From: a virus
Strand: one strand, 5' to 3'
Virus record (IMG/VR): IMGVR_UViG_3300045988_078326
DNA length: 64,000 nt
This document shows, in pieces, positions 21,358 through 32,154 of the stretch. The notes below the pieces were generated by a model, which searched no databases, was not told where the DNA came from, and saw only the letters and a list, made by a program, of their open reading frames with translations. The stretch's first letter is position 1. Every line of letters starts with the position of its first letter. Made by a program: the position numbers and the translations under genes.

Positions 21358-21407
21358 AATTTTGGCAAAGATAATTTTACTATTTTGCCAAAATTTTTGC
21401 CAATTTT
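21358..21407 (-). promoter_or_regulatory. promoter/operator region A with three copies of a TTGGCAAAA / TTTTGCCAA-type motif
   Basis: tttggcaaag (21361-21370), ttttgccaaaa (21383-21393) and tttttgccaatttt (21394-21407). On the minus strand this reads as TTGGCA, an 18-nt spacer, then TAAAAT upstream of the gene at 21309. Confidence 0.4.
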
Positions 21408-21416
21408 AGTGTAAAA

Positions 21417-21448
21417 ATATATAATGGGACATAGTAGTCCCATTATAT
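21417..21448 (-). terminator. rho-independent terminator after the holin gene
   Basis: Perfect 11-bp inverted repeat atataatggga / tcccattatat, followed on the minus strand by a U-run. The right arm overlaps the holin stop. Confidence 0.45.
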
Positions 21449-21837
21449 CATGATAGTCTGTGCTCATTAACAGCAGCTTCGATAAGGTTAGTTAAATAAG
21501 TATTTAAGTCACCAGTTGTCTCGATAATATACTGTTTTGCATCACTAGAAAGGATTTCCAATACAGAGTTCATAGTCTTATCAAATGCAATTTTCTATGC
21601 CTCTGCATCAAAAGCACCCTGTTCTTTTAAGCTATCTACATAGGTTTGATTTGTTGCTATTACACACTTAGTAATAGTATCAAATATCATAGTAGTATAT
21701 TTCTGAGCTGTTTCATTCTCTGTTTTAGAATTTAACTCATCTCGTTTTGCAGAGAGGAAATCTACGAGATATTTTGTTAGAATACCAAGCAGAGGAAGAA
21801 TACAAAGCTAGAATATTTGAATAACAATTTCAGGCAT
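21448..21837 (-). CDS. holin (LL-H / Firmicutes phage holin-like)
   Basis: RBS GGAGGAATTAAT before ATG 21837. N-terminal TM is IVIQIF(Q)LCILPLLGILTKYL. C-terminus is ...IETTGDLNTYLTNLIEAAVNEHRLS. Two sense TAGs. Ends at TGA. Confidence 0.5.
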
Positions 21838-21924
21838 ATTAATTCCTCCTTTATATTATATATAAAACAAGAGGAAGATGGTTTAACTTTATTTGACCTG
21901 CGGATTTCCATTCAAACGATCGTT

Positions 21925-22512
<588 letters not shown>

Positions 22513-22541
22513 CTTTATCACCTCATAGATATATGAAAAAA

Positions 22542-22585
22542 TGGCAATTTTATATAACAAAAATTGCCCAAAAATTTGGCAATTC
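22542..22585 (-). promoter_or_regulatory. promoter/operator region B with three copies of a TGGCAATTTT-type motif
   Basis: tggcaattttat (direct), aaaattgccc (inverted) and tttggcaattc (direct). Together they form a 26-bp imperfect palindrome GGCAATTTTATAT|AACAAAAATTGCC. It lies upstream of the recombinase and resembles region A. Confidence 0.4.
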
Positions 22586-22638
22586 GGCGTTTTGATTTAT
22601 ATAAAATTTTATTATATAATATATAAAGAAAGTGAAAA

Positions 22639-22890
22639 TTACCAGGGATAATCTCTTGCAATTAAAACATTACCTTTGGGCATAACAAAATACATTTTGC
22701 CTTGTCCAAATGAATAATCCACGGAACTTCCATCCTCTAATAAATAAAAAGAATCTGAAATACCTGGAGATATATTTTTACCACTATAAACTATCTCTCC
22801 TGGAGATGCTCTTAATGGGAATTCATATTTAAAGCCTGACTTATCTATTATAGAATATCTTTCCGTTTGAGCGCTTGAATTAAAAATCAT
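22639..22890 (-). CDS. hypothetical protein
   Basis: 83-aa ORF with RBS GGAGGTAGTAGAAA. Confidence 0.4.
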   Translation of the reverse strand: MIFNSSAQTERYSIIDKSGFKYEFPLRASPGEIVYSGKNISPGISDSFYLLEDGSSVDYSFGQGKMYFVMPKGNVLIARDYPW

Positions 22891-23287
22891 TTTCTACTAC
22901 CTCCTATAAAATAATATACAGTCGTATACTATCAGTTGGAGTTATTAATGCTTTAAAAGTTAATTCATCCAATCCTTGATTAATACATAATATCCCAGCA
23001 TTAAAATATACTTCTTGAGATTCAATAGTTGGCATTACATAAATTAGCTATTTGCTTTCATCTGCGAGTACACCTGGAACCATTACTGTGCAGGTGTCAT
23101 CAGACCATTCAGATTCAAGAATAGCAATAAGTATAGCCTTCGGTTTAAGAGCTGTATTTGCTAAAATTTCATTAAATTCTTGTTCAGTTCCAGTAAACCC
23201 TCCTTCTTTAGCTGTTTCATAAGCAGACTTTCCATTGAGACCGGGCTGACCTATTCCGGCTACTTTCTTACCATTTATTTTAATCAT
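22880..23287 (-). CDS. small tail-fibre protein with collagen-like GxxG segment and SAYE...GF.GTE motif
   Basis: ORF 23048..23287 is (MIKINGKKVAGIGQPGLNGKSAYETAKEGGFTGTEQEF...). It continues through a sense TAG to about 22880. RBS GGAGGTAAATATAT. The low-coordinate end is approximate. Confidence 0.45.
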
Positions 23288-23308
23288 AATATATTTACCT
23301 CCTAAATT

Positions 23309-23951
23309 TTAATTACTACTTCCACCACCGCCAGAAGTAATTGTAGCAGAGTCAATAATTTTATATGCTATAACTTGACTATTATTATTTATCTGTATAG
23401 CACCTAATGCTTTGTATGCAGACTAAGGAGTAATTTTAAGTCCTGAAGAAGAGCCGCCGTTTATAGTTAAAATACTATTTTTTATTACTTTATAATTATT
23501 TTTCTACACTACCCATACTGACATTGGTGCATTTTCATGTTCTATTATTACTGTGCATCCACTTACGCCTGATAATGATTCAAATGTAATATCTACTGTT
23601 TCTATTGGAGTTTCAGTCTCAATTTGACTTATATTTTCTGCCATCTATTGAAAGCTATCGGTCGCCGCAGTTTCTATTCCCTTGTCAGTGACTGCGGTCG
23701 CTATTAGGGTTTTGCCCTCACTGACATCTGTAAAAAGTTCATCTATGGCCTCCTAAACATTGGTAGCGGCCATGCTCGAGGTGCTATTGTTATACTCTAT
23801 CAACGATGCAGTTAGACTTTCATTTTCTTCTTCATCAAATTCGATAGTGTAAGGTCCAACTCCCAAAGATTCTCCCATTTCTGCAATACCACCGCCCGGC
23901 ACAGTAATGGCATCTTTGTTCTTAACCTATCCAGTTAAAATACATTCCATG
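23309..23951 (-). CDS. tail-fibre N-terminal-domain protein
   Basis: RBS GGAGAAATTTTC before ATG about 23951. Hand translation gives ...TASLIEYNNSTSSMAATNVQEAIDELFTDV..., the NVQ.A.DEL motif common in Firmicutes phage fibres. Ends ...SGGGGSSN with TAA. Several sense TAGs. Confidence 0.45.
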
Positions 23952-24267
23952 AAAATTTCTCCTTTCATTTTTAAAAAAGTACACTTTACTGAACTTGGTC
24001 AAACATATATAATCAATCTATACTCTTTTTCAAGTATATTTGAAAAGAGTAAGATACTCACTTTTGGGAAAAGGGTTTCTTACCCTTTTCCCAATTTTTT
24101 GTTATCTAGGAAGAAAAAGTATTTTTCCTGTTAAAAAGTGTACTTTTTCTCGGAAATTGTTTATGGCTTTCTAAAAGACTGGAGCGAAGATCGCTTCCAT
24201 CCTCGACCTTCTATCTAGTAGTTTAGATTTGTTTGAAACAATAGCTAGATAGAAGGAGGTAAATAAT
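23952..24267. promoter_or_regulatory. divergent control region between the minus-strand fibre/lysis unit and the + strand retroelement island
   Basis: Direct repeats aaaagtacacttt (about 23977) and aaaagtgtacttttt (about 24133). Perfect hairpin gggaaaagggt/acccttttccc (24066-24092) followed by a T6 run. Inverted repeat ctatctag...ctagatag (24211-24254). RBS GAAGGAGG before the target gene. Confidence 0.4.
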
Positions 24268-26034
24268 TTGCCTAAATGTATTTTAGCTGAATAGGGTGGA
24301 AAAGGTGGAGGTTCTCTTTCTCTTGTAAAAATTGAAGTAACCACTCCCCCTACTAAAACGAGCTATCTTGCTGGTGATACTTTTAATCCCGCGGGAATGG
24401 TAGTCACCGCATCTTACGGCGTGGACGGCGTTATTGTAACAACAGCAGAAGTAACTGGGTATCAAGTTACTCCAAACCCTTTAACTGATGGGGTTACTAA
24501 AGTAACAATTACTTACTCTGAATCAGGAGAAACTTGTTAGACCACTCAAGACATTACTGTTATTCATAAACTTCTTAGTATTTAGGTTACTACTAACCCA
24601 ACTAAGACAACTTATGAATATGGAGACACTCTCCAAACAACAGGAATGGTAGTTACAGCAAGTTATTCTGATAGTACATCATCCGCGGTTACCGGGTATA
24701 GTTGCTCTCCAACGTCATTAACTGCGGTTGGCACCTAGAAAATTACTGTTTCTTACACAGAAAATGGAGTAACTCAGTCTGCTTCTTTCAATGTTACTGT
24801 TGAAAGAAAATCGGTGCCGAAACCAACATGGAAGAATAATCTTACCTATACTGGTAGTAGCCAATCAGTAAGTGGTGCTTCCTATTGGAATAACTTTAAT
24901 ACCACTTATATGACGATTGGCGGGACAACTTCCGCGACTAACGCTGGAACCTATACTGCTACTTTCACACTAAATAGTAATTATAGATGGGCCGATGGAA
25001 CTACATCAAATCTTGATGTAAACTGGACTATCAATAAAGCTGCTGGGACTTTAACAGTAAGTCCAACTTCTGTAGCTCTTGATGGAGATAACTATAGTGC
25101 AGGCGTAAAAGTTACTATTACCCGTCCTGGAGATGGAGCTATTAGTTATAGCCCAACTAGCGTTTCTGGCTTAACTTTATCTTTAAGTGGGAACGTTCTT
25201 ACAATTAAAGGCGACGGTAGTACAGCTATTTCTTCTACAACTATTACTATCAAGGTTGCAGCAGGAACTAACTATACGGCTCCAAGTAATAAAACTGTTA
25301 CAGTAACAGCTAGCTATTGGGAGTGGGGATCTGAAACTGCTGTTGGTGATGCTAAATGGTGGGCTGGATTAAAAACATGGGCCGCTAAGGCATCATCTGG
25401 AGAGCGACAAAATTGCGTAGGTAAGACTAAAAGAGTAAGTTTATCATCTTCTGTTTTAGGTGGTAATCAAGTATTAATGAGATGCGTTGGCGCAGATTAG
25501 GATGGAACAGGAACTTTAGCTTTTAATGCTGTCTCCGCTCTTCCTAATTCTACAGATTTTGGTAGCAATGCAATATGGATTGGATCAACTGCTAGAGATC
25601 TATGTCAAGATTTCTATAACCGCTGTAGCGCGAAAGATTCTATTAAGACAGTAAAGAAGGGTACTTGTCCTAGTACAAATAGCTCTAGAAATGGTTCTGT
25701 AACCTATAATGATGAAACAGTATTCTTATTATCCGAAAGAGAATACGGATTAGATTCTTACTCTCCTATCTCCACTTCAAACAGTACTACCTCTAAAGCA
25801 GAGTGTACTCAAGGTTATAATGCTGCGTATAGTTACTACACAAGCAACTCTAGAAGGGTTATGTACTTAGGAGATGCAAACGGTAATCCAACTAGCTCAT
25901 ATGTGTATCAATGGGAGAGGTCCCGTTACTACAACTACTCGTACAACGTTTGCTATGTCGACACCGATGGTTCTGCGAACTACACCGGCTACAACATCAG
26001 CCGTGGGCTCGCGCCGGCTTTCGTTATCGGATAA
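24268..26034 (+). CDS. retroelement target protein: Ig-like (Big) repeats plus C-terminal C-type-lectin-fold domain carrying the variable repeat
   Basis: TTG 24268 after GAAGGAGG. The frame is continuous through sense TAGs (24292, 24538, 24583, 24736, 25498) and contains ORF 24814..25500. Repeated domains read VTT(N)PTKT.Y..GDT....GMVVTASY. The C-terminus ...ECTQGYNAAYSYYTSNSRRVMYLGD...YNYSYNVCYVDTDGSANYTGYNISRGLAPAFVIG ends with TAA at 26032-26034. Confidence 0.8.
25919..26017 (+). repeat. retroelement variable repeat
   Basis: 99 bp aligned without gaps to the template repeat. All 14 mismatches lie at template adenines. Ends in the GC-rich box gggctcgcgccgg, 15 nt before the target stop. 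Confidence 0.9.
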
Positions 26035-26115
26035 CACAATAAAATAACAATTCGGGACAGTTAAGATTAAATTGTCCAACTAAAATTTTATATATTCAAG
26101 TGAGGGAGATTTTAA

Positions 26116-26610
26116 ATGTCTGTAAAAGTAAAAGATAGACACATATCAAAGCAAGATTGTCTTTATAAAGCACGCGACTTAATGGGATATATTTTAGTCT
26201 TAACTCGTCCTAGAGAATATGATAAGGATGGAAAACAAATTTGTAAGCCTGGACTGCTTGGAGAGGGTCAACCTCTTCAAGCGTTCGGGTACGATATAAT
26301 TAAGTGCGGAAAGGGCTTACATGCTTGCTGTTATGAGGCATGTAAGATAAACTTGAAAGACAAAGAAACCCTTGCAAAGAGAAATGACTATCATAATAAA
26401 GCACTAGAATATTGTGATAGTATATTTCGACAAATCGACCTATGTATTTATTAGTATGCTCAGAACAGCAAAAAGAAAAGACGCTCTTTTGAACATCTAG
26501 CTAGATTGACAAAGAGAGTAAAAGAGTCAATCCAAGATAGAAAAAATAGAGATAAACTTATAACAGAGCATAGATATTCAGCTCCTAAGAGATATAGGAG
26601 AGGTCGATAA
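26116..26610 (+). CDS. avd: putative accessory variability determinant (Avd-like)
   Basis: About 164 aa from ORF 26116..26454 extended through sense TAG 26452-26454 to TAA 26608-26610. Basic C-terminus. It sits between the target and template repeat, as avd does in canonical cassettes. Sequence similarity to Avd is not clear by eye. Confidence 0.35.
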
Positions 26611-26641
26611 TATTTTTCTACGGTTAAGTTCTGTATCTTTC

Positions 26642-26740
26642 GGTCCCGTAACTACAACAACTCGAACAACGTTTGCAATGTCAACAACGATGGATCTGCG
26701 AACAACAACAACTACAACAACAGCAATGGGCTCGCGCCGG
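26642..26740 (+). repeat. retroelement template repeat
   Basis: ggtcccgtaactacaacaactcgaacaacgtttgcaatgtcaacaacgatggatctgcgaacaacaacaactacaacaacagcaatgggctcgcgccgg. It is AAC-rich, and the variable repeat differs only where this repeat has A. Confidence 0.9.
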
Positions 26741-27051
26741 ATTAGATGGAGCTATCATGTTGCGAGTTAAGCTGCGGAGCAGCGCAAACGAGCAACGCCT
26801 AAATAGTACCCCGGAGTATATTATTATCCATCTAATTAAGGTTTACTCTGGATTGCACTCACTTTATGTGGGGAAGAGATTGAGAGACCATTAAAGAGCT
26901 TTGCTCTACAACTATCGAATAATATACTATAGGTAGATCTGCCTTTTCATCTAAGGAGAACTTAACCATTTCACTGAAAAAGTGGATAAAGTAAGACTGT
27001 AGACGTGGAGCTCGAGTAGCTACCACTATAGCTACATGATAAGGAGAAAGT

Positions 27052-28176
27052 ATGTCTGAAATAAAACAAGATACTGCTTTCGAGCGTTTTTGTAGTTTTG
27101 ACGCTATGTATGAGGCGTCTTATAAGGTATGTCGAAACGTTCGATGGAAAGATAGTACAATTAATTTTGGAGAGAATAGGATAGAAACAATTTTAAAAAC
27201 AGAAGCTGACCTGCGAGCGTGTGAATACGAACAGCTTGTGTTTAGTTGTTTTTCGATAATCGAACGAGGCAAACCAAGAGATATAAGAGCGTGTCATATC
27301 AACGACAGACTGGTACAAAATGCGTTATGTGAACAAGTTTTGCTACCAGAATTAACTCCTAGATTTATCTATGATAATTGTGCAACCCTAAAAGGAAAGG
27401 GAATAGACTTCGCTCTGGAAAGAGTTAAGAAACATCTCCAATAGGCTCATAAAGAGTATGGGTTAGGAAAAGATTTTTATGGATTAAGAATTGATATACA
27501 GAAATATTTTGATTCTATTGACCATGAATCTTTAAAGAAAGCAGCTAAACGGCTAATAAAAGATAAACTTGTTTATTAGTTATGTTGTTACTTGATAGAT
27601 ACATTTTCTTTTAAGCTAACAAAAGACACTTCGCCTATACCCGGTAAAATATATTACACAAGTAAGCGACACAAGTATGAAAGAGTTAATGTTACTCATT
27701 TCTAGCCTGGTCGTAAGTATTATGAATATGAAAGAAAGAGCCTGGGATTAGGAAGTCAAACGTCACAATTATTCGCATTGCTAGCATTGAACGAAATTGA
27801 CCACTTCATAAAAGAAGAGTTACATATTAAGTATTATGGTCGTTATATGGATGATTTATACTTGCTCCATAATGACAGTAAATACTTGGCCGAATGTGAG
27901 AAACAAATAGAAATTCGCTTAAATAAACAAGGATTAAAGATGAATAAGAAGAAAACTACTATCACTAGAATTTCTCCTATTCACGCAGATGGCGAACGCC
28001 ACGCTCCTTTTAAATATTTAAAGTGGAATTTTCATCTCACAGAAACTAATCATATAATACAACTTCCTTTCAAGAAAAAAGTAGCTCATCAGCGCAGAAA
28101 ACTAAAGAAAATGTAGGCTTTATGGTTAGATAATAAAATTTCAACTGAAGAAGTTTAGAAATCTTATTAGGGCTGA
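27052..28176 (+). CDS. retroelement reverse transcriptase
   Basis: ORFs 27052..27444 and 27778..28116 share a frame and are joined through sense TAGs. Reverse-transcriptase motifs 1-2 sit in the N-terminal part, plus YYGRYMDDLYLL (YMDD). It continues past TAG 28114 to TGA 28174-28176. RBS AAGGAGA. A hairpin gtagcta/tagctac lies just upstream. Confidence 0.85.
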
Positions 28177-28268
28177 AGGGCGCATATTTCTAAAGGAACT
28201 TGCTTTTATATAATTCAGGACATGGACAATTATTTTCGTTCATTATTCAAAGGAGTTGAAATAAAGTA

Positions 28269-28931
28269 ATGTATATTCTATTAAATAGAGAGAATATAGT
28301 AGTTGATATTCTTTCAGAAGCACGTTACATTAAACTGCAATCCTCAAATGGTATTGTCGTTGCCTGCGAGGAAGAAGAGGGAACTGGGGTTATCGGCTCA
28401 GATAGTGATACTCATTACACTCTAGTCAAAGCCGATGTATTAAATCAACCTAATGCTGTTACAGTATTAGAGTTGGAAACAATTCCATCAAACGTCATTC
28501 CTAACTATTCAAAGTATAATCAAGAAGATGGTACTTTCATCGCTGATTTAGATTAGGCAAAATATGATAAACAAGAGGAAAACAAGAAACTATTCGCAGA
28601 GTATCTTGCTACCCACCCGTTAACTTGGGTCGATGGAAAAGAATATGGAATTACGTAGGAGGACCAATCTGAGATTAGCTTAAATCTCAATCAATTCTAG
28701 GTGGCTGTAGCTGCTGAAGTAGAAAATCCTACGCTTGAGTGGCACGCTCGACACGAAGAGTGTGTACCATGGACTTTAGAGCAATTATCCGCTCTAAGTT
28801 TAGCTATTTCTAATGCGGTATATCCAAAATACCACTTAATGCAAGAATATAAAACCTAGATATTTGGAGCTAATTCAATAGATGAATTAAAAGCTATTGA
28901 ATTGAGTTATGAAGACACAGACAGCGAATAA
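28269..28931 (+). CDS. hypothetical protein
   Basis: ORF 28269..28556 continues through several sense TAGs to TAA 28929-28931 (about 220 aa). Confidence 0.4.
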
Positions 28932-29367
28932 AAATATAATTCTATTCGTAGTAGGAGGAACTCTATATTACAGTATAGAGTTCCTCTATAAAACTTTTAT
29001 TAGCCTTGGAGTTTGTCATTGGTCTATGTTTTTGCTAGGTGGCTTATGCTTTCTATTAATTGGACTAATGAATGAGAATATTCTTTGGGAAGAATCTATC
29101 TTAACTCAAGGAGTAAAAGGATCTTTAATTATAACTGCTTTAGAATTAATTTTTGGATTAGTTTTAAATATAAGACTAGGTTTAGGTATTTGGGATTATT
29201 CTAACATTCCACTTAACTTTATGGGGCAGATTTGCTTGCCCTTCTCTATTGCATGGTTCTTCTTGAGCCTTTTAGCAATAGTGTTAGATGATTACCTTAG
29301 ATGGAAATGGTTTGGAGAAGAAAAACCGCATTATCACTTATACAGTAGACCTCCTTGCGAGGAATAA
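28909..29367 (+). CDS. polytopic membrane protein
   Basis: 152-aa ORF with 4-5 predicted TM helices. Confidence 0.45.
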   Translation: MKTQTANKNIILFVVGGTLYYSIEFLYKTFISLGVCHWSMFLLGGLCFLLIGLMNENILWEESILTQGVKGSLIITALELIFGLVLNIRLGLGIWDYSNIPLNFMGQICLPFSIAWFFLSLLAIVLDDYLRWKWFGEEKPHYHLYSRPPCEE

Positions 29368-29421
29368 AAAAAATAGGGAGAACCTTAATTAAAAGGTTCT
29401 CCCTATTTTTTTTTTATTTTA
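29366..29421. terminator. bidirectional rho-independent terminator
   Basis: Perfect 14-bp stem atagggagaacctt/aaggttctccctat, preceded by an A8 run and followed by a T10 run. It separates the + island from the minus-strand fibre gene. Confidence 0.65.
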
Positions 29422-30196
29422 CATCAATAATAACAATAGCAATATCGCTTTCTGGTTTATCTTTTGTGTAGAAAGTGATTCCAGATCCTACAGTTGCATC
29501 AGCATGATCAATTTTACTATATTCCTCTAAATTAGAAGTATAAGTAATGATAGGTGGCACATTTCCCGCTTTTCCGCAAGTTAAAGCAGTATTAGAGTAT
29601 GTCTATGTATACATATCTCCGTTCAATACCCATGATGCCGCGGCAAGAGTGGTTGTATAAGCTACAGATGTGCTACCAGTAATTTGGTTATCTGTTTCTG
29701 ACTTGCTATATACATCCAAATTAGTTCTGGCTCGCGCGGCTGTCGTGCCTCCAGTTCCTCCAACCTAGATTGGAAGTGTACCAAATGTAGGTGCACCCGC
29801 AGTAATCGCGTATAAAGCACCAGCACCTTGTAAACCAGCCACACCATTTTCCGCATTTCCGATTACTAAACTGCCGGCTGCAATTTCAATCATTTTTAAT
29901 GCTTCTGTTCCATTTCCTACTAGCAAAGCATTAACAGTTAATGTATCATGTCCAGTTCCACCCTACGCTACAGTAGCAGTCATATTTTTAAGAAAAATGT
30001 CGTCAATATCAATTTCAGTAACATTATTCTTTAAAACTTGAGCAGCATAGGCATTGACCTGTAGACGTCCGCCCTCTATATTACTTACATCAATAAATAA
30101 ATTTCCTGTGTCCTCGCAGAAATAGGCGTATCCTTCATGAAGAGGTACATCATTAAGATCCTCTTCTGCGCCTTTAAAAATCTTAAATAAAGCCAT
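29414..30196 (-). CDS. tail-fibre protein with GGTG..TAA.AR.NL motif
   Basis: ORF 29963..30196 (MALFKIFKGAEEDLNDVPL...) continues through sense TAGs to TAA 29414-29416. It contains ...PIQVGGTGGTTAARARTNLDVYSK... Confidence 0.5.
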
Positions 30197-30229
30197 TTTA
30201 GGCCCTCCTTTATACTCTCTAAATATAAA

Positions 30230-32140
30230 TTAAGGTATTAAATCACTAAAACTTCCCCAAGATAGTAATTCTTCAATCTATGTTGCAGAATATGTCTATC
30301 TATCCTTATTTGTAATAGTTCCACCTATTAAGCTATTAATATAGTGAATACTGTAAGTTTTATTTGTTACTTCTCCACCATCTTCACTATTATAACTATT
30401 ATCAATAAGGTTAGAAATACCGCCAGTTAGCTAGACTCTTCCCCACACTCCATCTGCGGCTTTATAATACCAGTAAGAAGTTTCTTGGTTAGTTTCATAT
30501 TCTACCCACGTAATAGAGAAAATATCCTACGCGCTAATTTCTCCATCATAGTTTTCTTCAATATAATCTACACCATTCTATAAAGAATCTTTTAGCGTGT
30601 CTGTCTCATTTATTGTGTAGCTCTTAACGATATTAAGAGCCTCGCCAACAGGGCCTTTTAAATTGCCGGAATTTTTCTCCCATATACCAGAAGAATTTAA
30701 TTCATATATATCTCCGGTTTCTGTATTTAAATATAAATCTCCAGCTTTCGCACCCTCAATAACAGTAGATGTTGTTGAATCAGAAATCTAAGTTCCAGAG
30801 TATAATTTTGATCCTCTAGGAATCTTAAAATCAATATTTATAGTGTCATCTGCTGTAATTTCATTGGATACAGAGCCAGTTTCGTCAATTCCAACAAAAG
30901 CAAATGAAGTAGTGTATTTAACCGCGGATGGCAGCCCAAAAACTAGCTTCCAGGCAGTTTGTTCTTCGTTAGTAAACTCCCTTGTAACCGTAGGAATTGT
31001 CGGCTCAAACTCAGAACCTTTATCTGTATATGGCTTTAATTCTGTAACTTCTATAGTAGGAAGAGGAGACTAAATACAAGCTATATACTAAAAAGTACAA
31101 GTGGTTCCAGTTTTATTGATTACTTTATAAATAAAACCGGTTGGTGCATTAATGTAATAATCACCAACATTATAATCCACAAAAGAATCATTAGTTTCTT
31201 CGTAAGTTCCTTCTGTTCTCTCGCCTAGTAACTCGCCATAGTAAAATTTAACCGCTTCTGGTAAACTAAATTTCAATACTGGCGCATTAATATTCGAATC
31301 ATCCATTACTACAGATGGATTCTCCTCGGGTCCCACTACCGTAGTTTCTGGATCTCCCATCACCTAACTTTGAGGCAAGAAGAAATTAATAATTGGATTG
31401 TTTATATCATCAAAATTTATTTCAAATCTAGGTTTTTCATTAGCATCTAAAGTTGTAGTAATACCTTCCTATAATGACTAAGATACAGGTAGATAAAACT
31501 TAATTGCCGGTTTGTTGATAGAATAATCTCCTGAAACTTCTAAAGATACTCTTGGATTTTCACCTACATCTAATAATTCTACTAATGCAGTATTAATTAC
31601 CTAAGATTGCGGTAAGGACAACTTTAAGCTAGGATTATTTATATCGGTCGTGTCTAAAGACGCTTCTGGAAGTTCATTACAATCCAGAATAGTAGTCTCT
31701 CCTAACTAGATATTCTAACTCTATGGTAACTGAAAAGTAAGCCAAAGTCTATCTAGATCGGTATTATCCCAAACCACGTTTGGATCTTCATCTGCATCCA
31801 AGACTTCTGTGTCATTTAAGCTAATTCTTGGTGTATTACCAGTCATGGAAGCTATCATCTTATAGTATAGGCCGCCCGCAGATCCGCTTCCATCTTTATC
31901 ATTATAACATTTTTGCCAAAGAGTAGAGTTATAGCTTTTCCCATAATTCTATAAATCTTCATTCTTATAAATATCATAGTTTGTATCGCTTGGCAAACCA
32001 TATGATACAACAACGAGATCACCTGGGAAGATAGAAGATGTCCAACCCTTTGATAAATCTCTATCCATCTAATATTTGCTAGTAAAGATTTCCTTAATAT
32101 CAAAATCTCTACCTTTAGGTCCTCCATAGAAACTTTCCAT
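30230..32140 (-). CDS. large tail fibre / baseplate repeat protein (about 636 aa)
   Basis: RBS GGAGGTGTCAAACT before ATG 32138-32140. Same frame as ORF 31088..31363. Repeat units ...LKLSLPQSQ / KFYLPVSQ / NFFLPQSQ / KFSLPEAV occur. Ends at TAA 30230-30232. Many sense TAGs. Confidence 0.45.
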
Positions 32141-32154
32141 AGTTTGACACCTCC

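Larger units (their letters stand above)
24268..28176 (+). mobile_element. diversity-generating retroelement cassette (target with variable repeat, Avd-like gene, template repeat, reverse transcriptase)
   Basis: Canonical gene order, a 99-bp template/variable repeat pair with adenine-only mismatches, and a reverse transcriptase with a YMDD motif. Confidence 0.9.

Noticed and set aside
21171-21467. 98-aa minus-strand ORF overlapping the palindromic intergenic region
   Set aside because: Low-complexity, junk-like translation. It overlaps the real RBS and start of the 20884..21309 gene and the terminator/operator region, so it is an artefact of reading noncoding and antisense sequence.
26116-26610. 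Confident assignment of the 26116..26610 ORF as Avd
   Set aside because: The position is right and the protein is small and basic. I could not see the four-helix-bundle Avd signature by eye, so it is kept as a low-confidence feature rather than asserted.
31855-32127. 90-aa minus-strand ORF at the start of the large fibre gene
   Set aside because: It is in a different frame from the RBS-preceded ATG at 32138-32140 and from the downstream co-framed fragment 31088..31363, so it is an alternative-frame artefact.
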